Source: Anaerolineae bacterium (GTDB lineage Bacteria; Chloroflexota; Anaerolineae; DRVO01). Taken from it: 64,000 nucleotides of DNA. The DNA lies in contig JAXGMM010000001.1 in NCBI GenBank assembly GCA_040768685.1, positions 1,322,691 to 1,386,690 of the forward strand. Direction: 5' to 3'. The notes beneath the pieces are model-generated. The model did not search any database. It had not been told where the DNA came from and was given only the letters and a program-made list of their open reading frames with translations. This document shows positions 31,019-39,902 of this stretch, piece after piece. A program made the translations under genes and the position numbers. Each line of letters starts with the position of its first letter. The first letter of the stretch is position 1.

Positions 31019-31631
31019 GCCGGCCGCGGCCCTGCCTGTTGTTCTTGGGGCGCTGAGCCTGTGGTTGCCGTGGGTGGGTCACCGGGGTGCGGCTCTAGTC
31101 CTAACGGGGCTCGACCTTCCCGACTTCGTGCGCTTCATGGGAGCCTCGGCCGCGCCGCTGGTCCGCCCGACTCAGATCGCGTTTGCAGTTCCTCTCTTAG
31201 CGCTCGCGACTACCGGCATCCTGTGGGCCTGGTCGCGCGCGTCAGCCACCTTTTGGTTCCGGGCCGCCGCCCTGGTTATGGCGCTTTGGCTGGCGTCGGT
31301 GGCGTTCAGCCCGCTGGAGCGACGGAGGGAGTTCCTGCTCGTCGGATCTGCCCTGATCCTGGCATGGCTCGTGGCGGGAGCGATGCGCGCCCCCATGTGG
31401 TCGGCGCGGGCGGTAGGGCTCGTCGGTGGACTAGCCGGCGCGGTCGCGACTCTCGTGCAGTTCGCTCGCGTGATGCCGGCGCTCGCCGGGCTGTACGGCA
31501 CGGTGGTCTGGGGAGTAGGCCCGTGGCTCGCCCTTGCGGCGGCCGCGACGGCGACAGTAGCGGTTGCCGATGCCTGTTGGAGACGCGTCGTCCGGCCGGC
31601 TCTCAGCCGACGTCGATCCACCCGAGTATGA
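31005..31631 (+). CDS. Polytopic membrane protein of unknown function (6 predicted TM helices), last gene of the plus-strand glycan operon. Start re-assigned.
   Basis: Hydrophobic Trp/Ala/Leu-rich sequence. Start overlaps the GT4 stop; 3-prime end overlaps the convergent GT-C gene by 29 nt. Confidence 0.4.
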   Translation: MNWRRPAAALPVVLGALSLWLPWVGHRGAALVLTGLDLPDFVRFMGASAAPLVRPTQIAFAVPLLALATTGILWAWSRASATFWFRAAALVMALWLASVAFSPLERRREFLLVGSALILAWLVAGAMRAPMWSARAVGLVGGLAGAVATLVQFARVMPALAGLYGTVVWGVGPWLALAAAATATVAVADACWRRVVRPALSRRRSTRV

Positions 31632-34350
31632 CGGAGTCCGTCGGCGACGCGGCCCCCGCGACGGTCACCGGCGCCCTGGGCATTCCCGGTTCTTCAGGCA
31701 GATACCAGCCGACCTCGAACGCGTAGCGGCCGGCCCCAAGCTCGAGGGGCAGGGCCAGCTCGAACTCCGCCCGGACCACCTCACCCCCCAGCCATCCGGC
31801 CGTCGGCCGTCCCGGCGGCGTCCCCTGCGCCTGAGCGAGCACCCTTCCTTCGGCGCTGAGAAGGTGCAGGAACACGGCGTAGTTGCGGTCCGGCGTGAAC
31901 ACGGCCTTGAAGACGAGTTCGATGTGCAGCGTGTCCCCCGCCGACGCCTGAGTGGGCTCAACGTTGAGGCCGACGAGTTCCGCCATCCCGCCGATCATGG
32001 CGCCGGAGGGGAACGAGGTAGTCACGTCGGAGTAGTCTCGCATCACGGGCGCGACCTGCAGCGTGCATACGGTGAAGTCGTCAGCCGCCTCAGCATCCCC
32101 GGAGACCCGCAATCGCAGCGACGTCTGCCCATCTGCGGCGTCCGCCGGGACTCTCCCGTCCAGCCACACAAGATGCACGGAGTCTGCGTCAGCCGGTCGG
32201 GAACCGACGGGCAGCGCCACCTCGCCCGCCGGTCGCTCTCCGTCGTCGCCGACCAGCACCGCCGCCAGAGTGGTACGTCCCGGCGCAGCGTCCGGCGCCA
32301 CCGACAGGAGCATCGGCAGCGCGAAGTCGACCCCGGGGAACAGCGGTTCCGTCGGGCAGGCCCCAAGAGCGATCACCGTGGTACCCGCCCACCCAGAGTG
32401 GTCGACCGGCAGAAGCCCGTGCTCCGCGGCCGCCGCGGTTGCGTCAACGCCGGCCGTGTTGCCGGCGAGACTCAGCACGCCCAGCGAGCAGGTCTGTCCG
32501 GCTGGATTACCGGCTTCGTCGAGGACGTCCCGAGGGCGGCCCGAATCGGCCTCGTACAGGGTGACGGAGGCAGTGTAGTCGCCCTCCGCTACTCCAGCGG
32601 GAGTACGGGGATCGAGCCTGACGAACGCGACCCGGCTGGGAGCCCACCGACTGGTCGGGTAGCCGTCACCGCCGGGCGCCAGGTGCACGCGTGTGACCTC
32701 GTGGCCACGGGAGTCACTGATGGTGACCTGGACGCGCAGATCGAGTGCCAAGGGCCGGAGTGCCCGCCACAGCAGGGCGACGTTGCCGGCTTTGTCCGGC
32801 GCCAGGCCAAGGTACTCGATCCCGCCCTCGAACCGACAGACGGGCGTACGGTCGGTTGAGGCGAGCTCCGGCAGGTTCGAGGAGCCGTCGAGACGATAGT
32901 GGCGCGTGCGCACATGCCAGTAGCCTCGCTCCTCGCCGACTGCAACCTGGTCGAGCAGGAAGGGAACCGATCCCATCGGGTCCACTACCTCGTCCTGCCA
33001 GAGCAGCAGCCACGTCCCGGAAGCACCCTCCAGGGCCACGCGAAGATCGTCAGCCACGTTGAGGCCAAGCGACGAGTCTACGTCCAGCACGCGCAGCTTC
33101 GGGAGCGGAACGTAGGGGATGGTGGGCGCATAGTACTCCCACACCGGGTACAGGTGGCCGGAGACCAACAGCACGACCTCGTCGGGCTCCATTTGGGCGC
33201 CGATGTCGGCGACGGCGGACCGGAAGTCGGCTCGCGTCAGCCGCTGGTCTACGAACATCCCCCTGATGCCGGCGCCGGAACCCAACACGACCGCGCCGAG
33301 CGCAACCGCCCCGATCCAGCTCCCACCTCTTGCCGGCTTCCGCCACAGAGGCGAGACCGCCTGACCCCACAGAAGGGGCAGGGGAAGCGAGGCGAGCACA
33401 AGGTAGCGCGGGTTGAACTTGGGGACCACCAGGAACACGGCCAAAGTCGCTACCAAGGTGGCCACCAGAATGCTGAGCGGCCAGAGCGAGGTCCTGGAGC
33501 GGTTGGCCACGAGAGCGACTGCCAGGACGGCGGCCATAGCGACCGCCAGGTAGACGCCCGTGCTTTCCAGGACCGTTTCGCCCGGGCCGCCAACGAAAAG
33601 CGCCACCAGCACCTTGCGGAGTGCCTCGTCGAGCTTGAGGCTGCCGACGAAATAGGAGGTGTCACTTCGCATAGTGCGCAGGGCGGCCGGCATCCAAGGA
33701 ATGAACAGGAGGGCGGCCGGCAGAAGACCCCGGTACAGATAGCGCGGCAGAAGCCGCCTGCCCTGCGATGGACGAGACGACCAGACCATCGACAGCAGGT
33801 GGGCGACCACGAGGCCCGCCCCCAGGTAGTGAGTGTAGAGAAGGGCGGCATACCCCAGCGCGAGGGTAGCATCGGACTTCCATGAGCGCTCAAAGCCACG
33901 ACCCTCCCAGGCGAGAAGAGCCAGGGTGGCGGCCGCGCCCGTCAGGAGGAGAAGGCTGTACATGCGCGCGTCTTGGGCGTGCCAGACGTACCAGGGATGG
34001 ATGGCGACCACGAGAGCGGCCACCGGCGCGGCATCCTCCAGGCGGAGACGTCTGGCCAGCCGGTACATCAGAGGCACGAGGACCACGGACAACATGACCG
34101 AGAGGAACCGAAGCGAGAACTCGGAGTTGCCGGCAACTGAGGCCCACGCCTTCAACAGCAGGTAATAGAGCGGCGGCTGCACGTCCGCAGCCGTCCAGGC
34201 CAGCATTTCGCGTAGCGGAAGGCCCGCGAGATAGGCGCTGACGGCCTCGTCGTAGGAGAGGCTTTGGACGGGCAGATGGTAGACGCGCAGGGCAAAGGCA
34301 GCGGCTACGAGAGAGAGTGCGGTAAGATGAGTTCGCCGGTGCATACTCAT
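31603..34350 (-). CDS. GT-C-fold glycosyltransferase of the PMT/ArnT-like (GT39/GT83, PMT_2) type, with a roughly 550-aa extracytoplasmic C-terminal region built of repeated beta-sandwich-like modules
   Basis: N-terminal YDEAVSAYLAGLP...DVQPPLYYLLLKAW motif typical of PMT_2/ArnT-like enzymes, about 11 TM helices, long C-terminal soluble domain. Confidence 0.7.
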   Translation of the reverse strand: MSMHRRTHLTALSLVAAAFALRVYHLPVQSLSYDEAVSAYLAGLPLREMLAWTAADVQPPLYYLLLKAWASVAGNSEFSLRFLSVMLSVVLVPLMYRLARRLRLEDAAPVAALVVAIHPWYVWHAQDARMYSLLLLTGAAATLALLAWEGRGFERSWKSDATLALGYAALLYTHYLGAGLVVAHLLSMVWSSRPSQGRRLLPRYLYRGLLPAALLFIPWMPAALRTMRSDTSYFVGSLKLDEALRKVLVALFVGGPGETVLESTGVYLAVAMAAVLAVALVANRSRTSLWPLSILVATLVATLAVFLVVPKFNPRYLVLASLPLPLLWGQAVSPLWRKPARGGSWIGAVALGAVVLGSGAGIRGMFVDQRLTRADFRSAVADIGAQMEPDEVVLLVSGHLYPVWEYYAPTIPYVPLPKLRVLDVDSSLGLNVADDLRVALEGASGTWLLLWQDEVVDPMGSVPFLLDQVAVGEERGYWHVRTRHYRLDGSSNLPELASTDRTPVCRFEGGIEYLGLAPDKAGNVALLWRALRPLALDLRVQVTISDSRGHEVTRVHLAPGGDGYPTSRWAPSRVAFVRLDPRTPAGVAEGDYTASVTLYEADSGRPRDVLDEAGNPAGQTCSLGVLSLAGNTAGVDATAAAAEHGLLPVDHSGWAGTTVIALGACPTEPLFPGVDFALPMLLSVAPDAAPGRTTLAAVLVGDDGERPAGEVALPVGSRPADADSVHLVWLDGRVPADAADGQTSLRLRVSGDAEAADDFTVCTLQVAPVMRDYSDVTTSFPSGAMIGGMAELVGLNVEPTQASAGDTLHIELVFKAVFTPDRNYAVFLHLLSAEGRVLAQAQGTPPGRPTAGWLGGEVVRAEFELALPLELGAGRYAFEVGWYLPEEPGMPRAPVTVAGAASPTDSVILGWIDVG

Positions 34351-36710
34351 TCGGCCCCCGTTGCTGCGCTGATCTGCACCTTGCCGAGGACTATGCTCGG
34401 GTTGCAGGAGAAGGGAGCCGCCGTCTCGTGATCGTAGGGTATCGCGACGACCTCATACTCGCCGGATCCGAGGCTGCTGGACAGAGACAGCGCCTTGACG
34501 TCGGGGACTACCTCGCCAGGCGGCCAGTAGGCAGGGGGATAGAGGCCCTGCTGAACCGGCCCATCCAGTTGGGCGAGGACTTCGCCGTGCGCTCCAACCA
34601 TGCGGATCGACAGGGACAACCCTGCGGTAGGCGCGTCCGTGCGGCTCCAGTACGAGGTGATCCTCAGGCTGTCCCCGGCGGAGGCTGTGTTGGTCACCTC
34701 GGCACCCCGGTACTGCAGCCAGCTCGCGCAAGTGACTGTTGGCGTCCCGCCCGAAGGGGCGGATGCCGCTAGTGGGGCGAGCGCCGGTCTGAGTCCCTGT
34801 CGGATCCTTTGGACGGGGGGCAACCGAACCAAGTTCGTCTCGCCGATGGCCGGTACGGCCCCGTCCGAACTAGGGACCAGCCGGGCGGCAACCTGATCGT
34901 AGTCGCCGTCCACAACCACGCCCACGTATGCTCCCCAGGAGTCTCCCAGAGCGGTCGCCACGGTAGTTGTGATCCAGGTGTCGCCGGGCGTCCACTGGCT
35001 GACCGGCACCCAGTACGTCTCCAGGAAAGGCATAGATCGGCTGTCGGCAACGATCTGGCCGCGTCCATCGACCAACACGGTGTACGGTGCGAGCGACGGG
35101 CTCACCGGGCCAACAGCCTGCCAGTGCAGCCGCAGGGACGTGTAGCCCCACTTGGGGTCGTCGAGCCAGTCGTAGCCCGCCAGACGAAGGCTGGCGCCGA
35201 ACTGGACGTTCGCTATGTGGGTCGGTTCCTGCTTCGCTAAGGTGAAAGCGTAGAAGCTGTCTGGCGGGCTTCCATTGGCCTCTCCGCGGCGGAGCAGCAC
35301 CATCCCGTCCTCACCATCGACCACCCCGTATCCGGAGGCTAGCAGTTCGTCGACACGGGCACGCACATCGGCCGGGTGCATGTCGGTTGTGCCGGCGATG
35401 TCCAGCAAGACATACTCGGCGTCAGCAAGGTCGGGGAAGGTATAGATCCGCTCACGGTGGCTGAAGTGCGGGTGCAGCGCTGGGGTGACAGAGAGCGAGG
35501 CGTTCGCCGGAATCTGGTCGGCGAACGGCGCCAGCGCATCTGCGCGCGCCCCGGTTGGTCTGTGCAGGTAGTACTGTGGACCGAATGGGGTGAACCCCTC
35601 AGCAACCTGGTAACCGACCGGGAAGACAGCCAGGACCAGCAGCACGACAACGGGCAGACGGCGGTGAGCACGGCCGGTCCAGCGGAGGAGCCGACACGCG
35701 CCGACCCCGGCGGCAATAGCCAGGACCGACATGAACGGGGCACTGTAGTGGAACTCGCCGGAGAACTGGGCGTCGTAGTGGCTGAGGACGTTGGCCGCCA
35801 CCAAGGGGGCAGCCGCCAGTGCCACCTCGGGAGCCAAGAGAGGCATGAACCCGAAGGCGGCCAGAAGGCCCAGCATGTAGGCGAGCCGATCGGCCGAAAC
35901 GGCCCGTGCGGCGATCGCGGCTATGTTGGACAGAGGACTGCCCGAAGCAGTTGACTCGGACCCTTTATAGCGGGCTAGGTAGGGCATTGTGGCCTCGCCG
36001 TAGGCCTCGACGCTGTAAGAAGGGATGATGACCAGCGTGGCGAGCGCGAACCAGGCGACGGCCGCCACGGTCACGCCGTAGCCGGGCTTCCAGCGCGAGG
36101 TAACTGCCAACAGCAGGGCCACCGCGGCCACGACCAGCGCGATCTCCTCCTTAACGGCAATAGCAGCCGCGGCCGCCACTAGGGCCGGCCCCGTTCTCCG
36201 CCTCCGTCCGAGCAGGAGGAGCAGGGCGAGCGGCAGGGTCGCCAGCGGCGCGGCGTGGAAGTCGGCGACGGTAGCTGCCTGTACCTGGGGGGCCAGCAGG
36301 TAGGCCAGCGCTGCCCAGGTAGCCGCGATCGCTCCAAGCCGCGAGGCCCTGCCCGGCCACCAGGCCGCCACGGCGCCCCAGATCATCAAAGCCGAAAGAC
36401 CGATCACCAGCGCCTGCAGCGAAAGGAGCGCTCTCGCGTCGTCCCACAGCCCGAAGACCACCGCTACCGGCCAGAAAACCGGCTCGATGTGATCGGTCAG
36501 CCGCGTGCTGATGACCTCGCCTTTCACCTCTTGGACGAAACGCCCGTGGAGAGTGTTCCAGATGGCCAGGTCGATCTGGCCCAAGTCGGCGGTGTGCGTC
36601 ATGAGGCCATCGTGCCTCTCGATGGCGAACCAGGCGAAGAAGGCCACGAACGCGACAGTCCCGACGGCCGCCAGGACGAGCAGCCGGTGTTGGAGGCGAA
36701 GGCTTGTCAC
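34347..36710 (-). CDS. DUF2079-family polytopic membrane protein (predicted GT-C-like) with a C-terminal repeat-module domain
   Basis: N-terminal multi-TM region with DUF2079-like signature (HTADLGQIDLAIWNTLHGRF). C-terminal modules share the GxY...GxY pattern with the neighbouring GT-C. ATGA overlap with the upstream gene. Confidence 0.55.
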   Translation of the reverse strand: MTSLRLQHRLLVLAAVGTVAFVAFFAWFAIERHDGLMTHTADLGQIDLAIWNTLHGRFVQEVKGEVISTRLTDHIEPVFWPVAVVFGLWDDARALLSLQALVIGLSALMIWGAVAAWWPGRASRLGAIAATWAALAYLLAPQVQAATVADFHAAPLATLPLALLLLLGRRRRTGPALVAAAAAIAVKEEIALVVAAVALLLAVTSRWKPGYGVTVAAVAWFALATLVIIPSYSVEAYGEATMPYLARYKGSESTASGSPLSNIAAIAARAVSADRLAYMLGLLAAFGFMPLLAPEVALAAAPLVAANVLSHYDAQFSGEFHYSAPFMSVLAIAAGVGACRLLRWTGRAHRRLPVVVLLVLAVFPVGYQVAEGFTPFGPQYYLHRPTGARADALAPFADQIPANASLSVTPALHPHFSHRERIYTFPDLADAEYVLLDIAGTTDMHPADVRARVDELLASGYGVVDGEDGMVLLRRGEANGSPPDSFYAFTLAKQEPTHIANVQFGASLRLAGYDWLDDPKWGYTSLRLHWQAVGPVSPSLAPYTVLVDGRGQIVADSRSMPFLETYWVPVSQWTPGDTWITTTVATALGDSWGAYVGVVVDGDYDQVAARLVPSSDGAVPAIGETNLVRLPPVQRIRQGLRPALAPLAASAPSGGTPTVTCASWLQYRGAEVTNTASAGDSLRITSYWSRTDAPTAGLSLSIRMVGAHGEVLAQLDGPVQQGLYPPAYWPPGEVVPDVKALSLSSSLGSGEYEVVAIPYDHETAAPFSCNPSIVLGKVQISAATGAE

Positions 36711-37693
36711 GCCGGCCCCCGGTTACGGGGCGACCATACCAGGGAACGATTGGTCCCCAGCGCCACGGCCGCCGCCAGCAACTCGGCGACCGTCAGCCAC
36801 AAACGGGCCGCCAGCGCCGCCACGCCGGCAACACCGGCGCCGGCCACCGGCGCCAGCAGCAGGGCCAGCACACCCTCGCGCACGCCCACGCCGCTGGGTG
36901 TGAGGAGCGATAGGTAACCGGCGACATAGGAGGCGGGGAAGGCGGAGGCCCAACCGATGAGGTCGCCGCTGTTCGCGCCGAGCGCTCGTCCAAGCGACCA
37001 GAACGCCGTTCCGAGCCCAACCCAGTAGAGGCAATAGCCGAGCAGAATGAGGGCGAGGGGCGCCTGCGAAAGACGGACCTGGCCGGAAGGTGGACGGGCA
37101 ATGGGCGTCAAAACGCGGCTCAGACGGGTCAACGTCCACGGACTGAGACCGAAGGCAACTACCGCTAGCCCAACGGCCACGCCCGTCAGCCAAGTAGCGC
37201 GGGAGGCGCCAAGCGCCGACACGAGAGCGGGCACGCCGATCAAGACGCCGGTGGCGTTGGTGAGGACCTGGTGCGCGGCCACGCTGGCCAGGATCGCTCC
37301 CCGCGGCACACCGCTGTCCGCGCCGAGCTCCATCATGCCGACGAACTGCCATATCCTGCCCGGTACATAGCGCGCCAGGTTCGAGAGGAACCACACGCCT
37401 GCCGCCCGGCGCAGGGGAAGCTCGTGGCCAAGCTCGAGGAGCAGGCGCCGCCAAAGGGCCACCTCAAGAAGCATGCAGGGAAACAGGCCGAGGATGCTGA
37501 CGCCCAGCCAGTTCCAGCTAAGCTGAAGACGGAAGGCACGGATGTCGGCGGAGTAGGCGCGTAGTACGGCGGCCAAGAAGCCCAAACTGAGGATGATGAA
37601 CGCCATACGGAGCCAGGGGTTGGCCGACAGGCGTCGCAGGCGGTCCAGGACGGCCGCACCTCGGGCGCTCCAGATCCGTGGGCTGGCGTCCAT
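36707..37693 (-). CDS. UPF0104 / lysylphosphatidylglycerol-synthase-TM-domain-like membrane protein (flippase-like). Start re-assigned to MDASP.
   Basis: 8 TM helices, LSNLARYVPGRIWQF motif typical of the LPG_synthase_TM (flippase-like) family. The tracked 485-aa ORF has a spurious 157-aa N-terminal extension overlapping the GT4 gene. Confidence 0.6.
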   Translation of the reverse strand: MDASPRIWSARGAAVLDRLRRLSANPWLRMAFIILSLGFLAAVLRAYSADIRAFRLQLSWNWLGVSILGLFPCMLLEVALWRRLLLELGHELPLRRAAGVWFLSNLARYVPGRIWQFVGMMELGADSGVPRGAILASVAAHQVLTNATGVLIGVPALVSALGASRATWLTGVAVGLAVVAFGLSPWTLTRLSRVLTPIARPPSGQVRLSQAPLALILLGYCLYWVGLGTAFWSLGRALGANSGDLIGWASAFPASYVAGYLSLLTPSGVGVREGVLALLLAPVAGAGVAGVAALAARLWLTVAELLAAAVALGTNRSLVWSPRNRGPA

Positions 37694-37697
37694 GCCC

Positions 37698-38924
37698 CTA
37701 CGGAGCCGTAGAGCGGCCGGCTGCGATGCGCTCGAAGTGCTCCAGGTAGCGAGCCGCCAGATGGCTCCAGGCGAACTCGGCCTCCACCCGCCGGCGTCCT
37801 GCCTGGCCCATGCTGCGCAAACGGCGGCGATCGCTGTAGAGGCGTGCCAGGGCGTCGGCGATAAGGTCGGCGCGGCGCTCCGGGACGAGGTAGCCGTTGT
37901 GCCCGTCCTCGACGACCAGCGGATTGCCGGCGACCGTTGTCGCCACAATCGGCAGGCTGCACGACATGGCGTCGAGAACGCACACGTTGAGGCCGTCCTC
38001 CGGCTCGGTGACCGAGGGCATGGCCAGCACATCGGCGGCACTGTAGTAGGCGACGATCTCGTCCCGCGGCACGGCGCCGACGAACTCCACTGCCGAGCGC
38101 ACACCCATCGCCGAAGCCATGCGCTCCAGGTTGGCGCGCTCGTTGCCGTCGCCGATGAGCACAACGCGAGCGGTAGGCACGCGCGACAGCAGCCGGGGGA
38201 GCGCCTGAATCAGGTAGCGGAACCCCTTCTTCGGCACCATGCGGCCCACGCCGAGGATGGCGAAGTTGCCCGGGCTGAGGCCCAACTCGCGCCGCTTCTC
38301 CTCGCCGGCCAGCGGGTCCGCTCGCATCGCGTCGGGGTCGACGCCGTAAACGATCAGATCGAAGCGGCCTTCGTCGGCGCCCAGCGTCAACGCCACGTCG
38401 CGCAACTCGTGGCTGTTGGCCGTCACCAGACTGGAGTGGCGGAGTGCGTAGCGGGCCAGAGCCCTTGTGACTGGGTTGAGCCGGGCAACCAGCAGATCGG
38501 ACCCTGGCAGCGAAGTGGCCAGCGGGACGCCGGTCATCTTGCTGATGGCGGCGCCGATGAGGCCGTTGGGAACCAGCCAATGGGCGTGAATCACGTCGGG
38601 TTTCCATTCGCGGGCGATTCGCCTGCCCGCCGCTGCCCCGGCAGCCAAGCTCGCCGGCGCTGCCAGCAGGCTGGCACGCTTGGGGCGCAGGTCGCCTTCC
38701 ATGCTCCGCATGTAGCCGACGGTCTCAAAGGCCGCCGGCCCGTAGCGGTAGAGGTCAAGAACGTATGGGCGTTCCATAGGCGGGCCGTATGCGGCGTCAT
38801 GAGGGGCAAGGACACGCACCGCCGCACCCTTGCCGACCATGGCTGCGGCCAAGGCATCAATGAACGTCCCGCTGAAGTCCCCGGGGAACCGGGGAAGGTT
38901 GTGGGTGAGGAGCAGCACTTTCAT
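37698..38924 (-). CDS. Glycosyltransferase family 4
   Basis: MKVLLLTHNLPRFPGDFSGTF N-terminus and C-terminal GT4 region. Confidence 0.85.
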   Translation of the reverse strand: MKVLLLTHNLPRFPGDFSGTFIDALAAAMVGKGAAVRVLAPHDAAYGPPMERPYVLDLYRYGPAAFETVGYMRSMEGDLRPKRASLLAAPASLAAGAAAGRRIAREWKPDVIHAHWLVPNGLIGAAISKMTGVPLATSLPGSDLLVARLNPVTRALARYALRHSSLVTANSHELRDVALTLGADEGRFDLIVYGVDPDAMRADPLAGEEKRRELGLSPGNFAILGVGRMVPKKGFRYLIQALPRLLSRVPTARVVLIGDGNERANLERMASAMGVRSAVEFVGAVPRDEIVAYYSAADVLAMPSVTEPEDGLNVCVLDAMSCSLPIVATTVAGNPLVVEDGHNGYLVPERRADLIADALARLYSDRRRLRSMGQAGRRRVEAEFAWSHLAARYLEHFERIAAGRSTAP

Positions 38925-38927
38925 GGC

Positions 38928-39902
38928 CTATGTCCGGTCCCGCCGACGAATCTCGACCATGAGCGCATCTAGCTGCTCTGTCTGCGCCACAATGAGTTCC
39001 GCGAGAAAGCCGACTAAGAACAGCAACAATCCGGCGGCGATCAGCACTAACGAGAGGCTGAAGAGCGGGCGAACTTGGGTCCGCTCCAGCAGGTAGTACA
39101 GCGCCAGCAAGACACCCAGAAGCGCCCCCAGGGCCTCGCAGGCCAGCCCCAGGCCGCCGAAGAAGAGCATGGGTCTGCGGCTGAAGGTGAGGAGGAACTT
39201 GACCACCAGGACGTCGAGGAACGAACGCGGTATGCGGCCGATGCCGAACTTGGAGCGGCCCTGGCGTCGGGGTTGGTACGATGTCTTTACCTCGCCGACG
39301 CGGTACCCGTGGGCAGCGGCGATCACCAGGATGAAGCGGTGCCAGTCGGAGCGTAGGGTGATGTCCTCCAGCACTTCCCGCCGGAAGGCCTTGATCCAGT
39401 TCATGTCATGGGCATCGACGCCGAACAGCCGGGCCGAGACCCAGTTGTATACCCGGGACGCCGGCACCTTGCCGTCCTTACGGCCCTGGCGCCAGCCGGA
39501 AACCACATCGTACCCTTCTTCCAGTTTGCGGAGCAGGGCCGGCACGTCGATCTCCGGGTCCGACTCAAGGTCCGCCGGTATGAAGACGACGGTGTCGCCG
39601 CGCACGGCGCTGAATCCGGTCCGCATAGCCTCGGTGAGGCCGCGGTTGTGGCGGTGTCGCAGAACCCTCAGCCACGGGTACCGGGAGCACGCCTCTTGAA
39701 GGAGCTCGCCGGTGCCATCGGTCGAGCCATCGTCGACGATTACCGCTTCTGCCGGAAGCGCCAGAGCCGTCAGGGTGCGGTCTAGCTTCTCCAGCAAGAG
39801 CGGTATGTTGCCCGCCTCGTTGTAGGCAGGGGCAAACACCGATACGGCCACCGGAGTGCTGCCGGACTCCATGTCGCTATACGACCTTAGTCCCTCAGGC
39901 AC
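38928..39902 (-). CDS. GT2 polyprenyl-phosphate sugar synthase (GtrB / ArnC / DPM1-like) with two C-terminal TM helices
   Basis: VFAPAYNEAGNI, VDDGSTDGT, DxD-like (FIPADLESD) motifs; C-terminal TM pair as in GtrB/ArnC. Confidence 0.85.
   Translation of the reverse strand: MPEGLRSYSDMESGSTPVAVSVFAPAYNEAGNIPLLLEKLDRTLTALALPAEAVIVDDGSTDGTGELLQEACSRYPWLRVLRHRHNRGLTEAMRTGFSAVRGDTVVFIPADLESDPEIDVPALLRKLEEGYDVVSGWRQGRKDGKVPASRVYNWVSARLFGVDAHDMNWIKAFRREVLEDITLRSDWHRFILVIAAAHGYRVGEVKTSYQPRRQGRSKFGIGRIPRSFLDVLVVKFLLTFSRRPMLFFGGLGLACEALGALLGVLLALYYLLERTQVRPLFSLSLVLIAAGLLLFLVGFLAELIVAQTEQLDALMVEIRRRDRT

Noticed and set aside
36707-38164. Tracked 485-aa ORF reading through the 3-prime end of the GT4 gene; similar N-terminal over-extensions at 41018..42127, 41468..43018, 46352..47149, 47079..48074, 59068..60018, 29188..29892, 30903..31631, 50596..50976 and 7847..9103.
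   Set aside because: The extensions are low-complexity, overlap a neighbouring real gene in another frame, and an internal ATG/GTG gives an N-terminus matching the protein family. Starts were re-assigned in the feature list.
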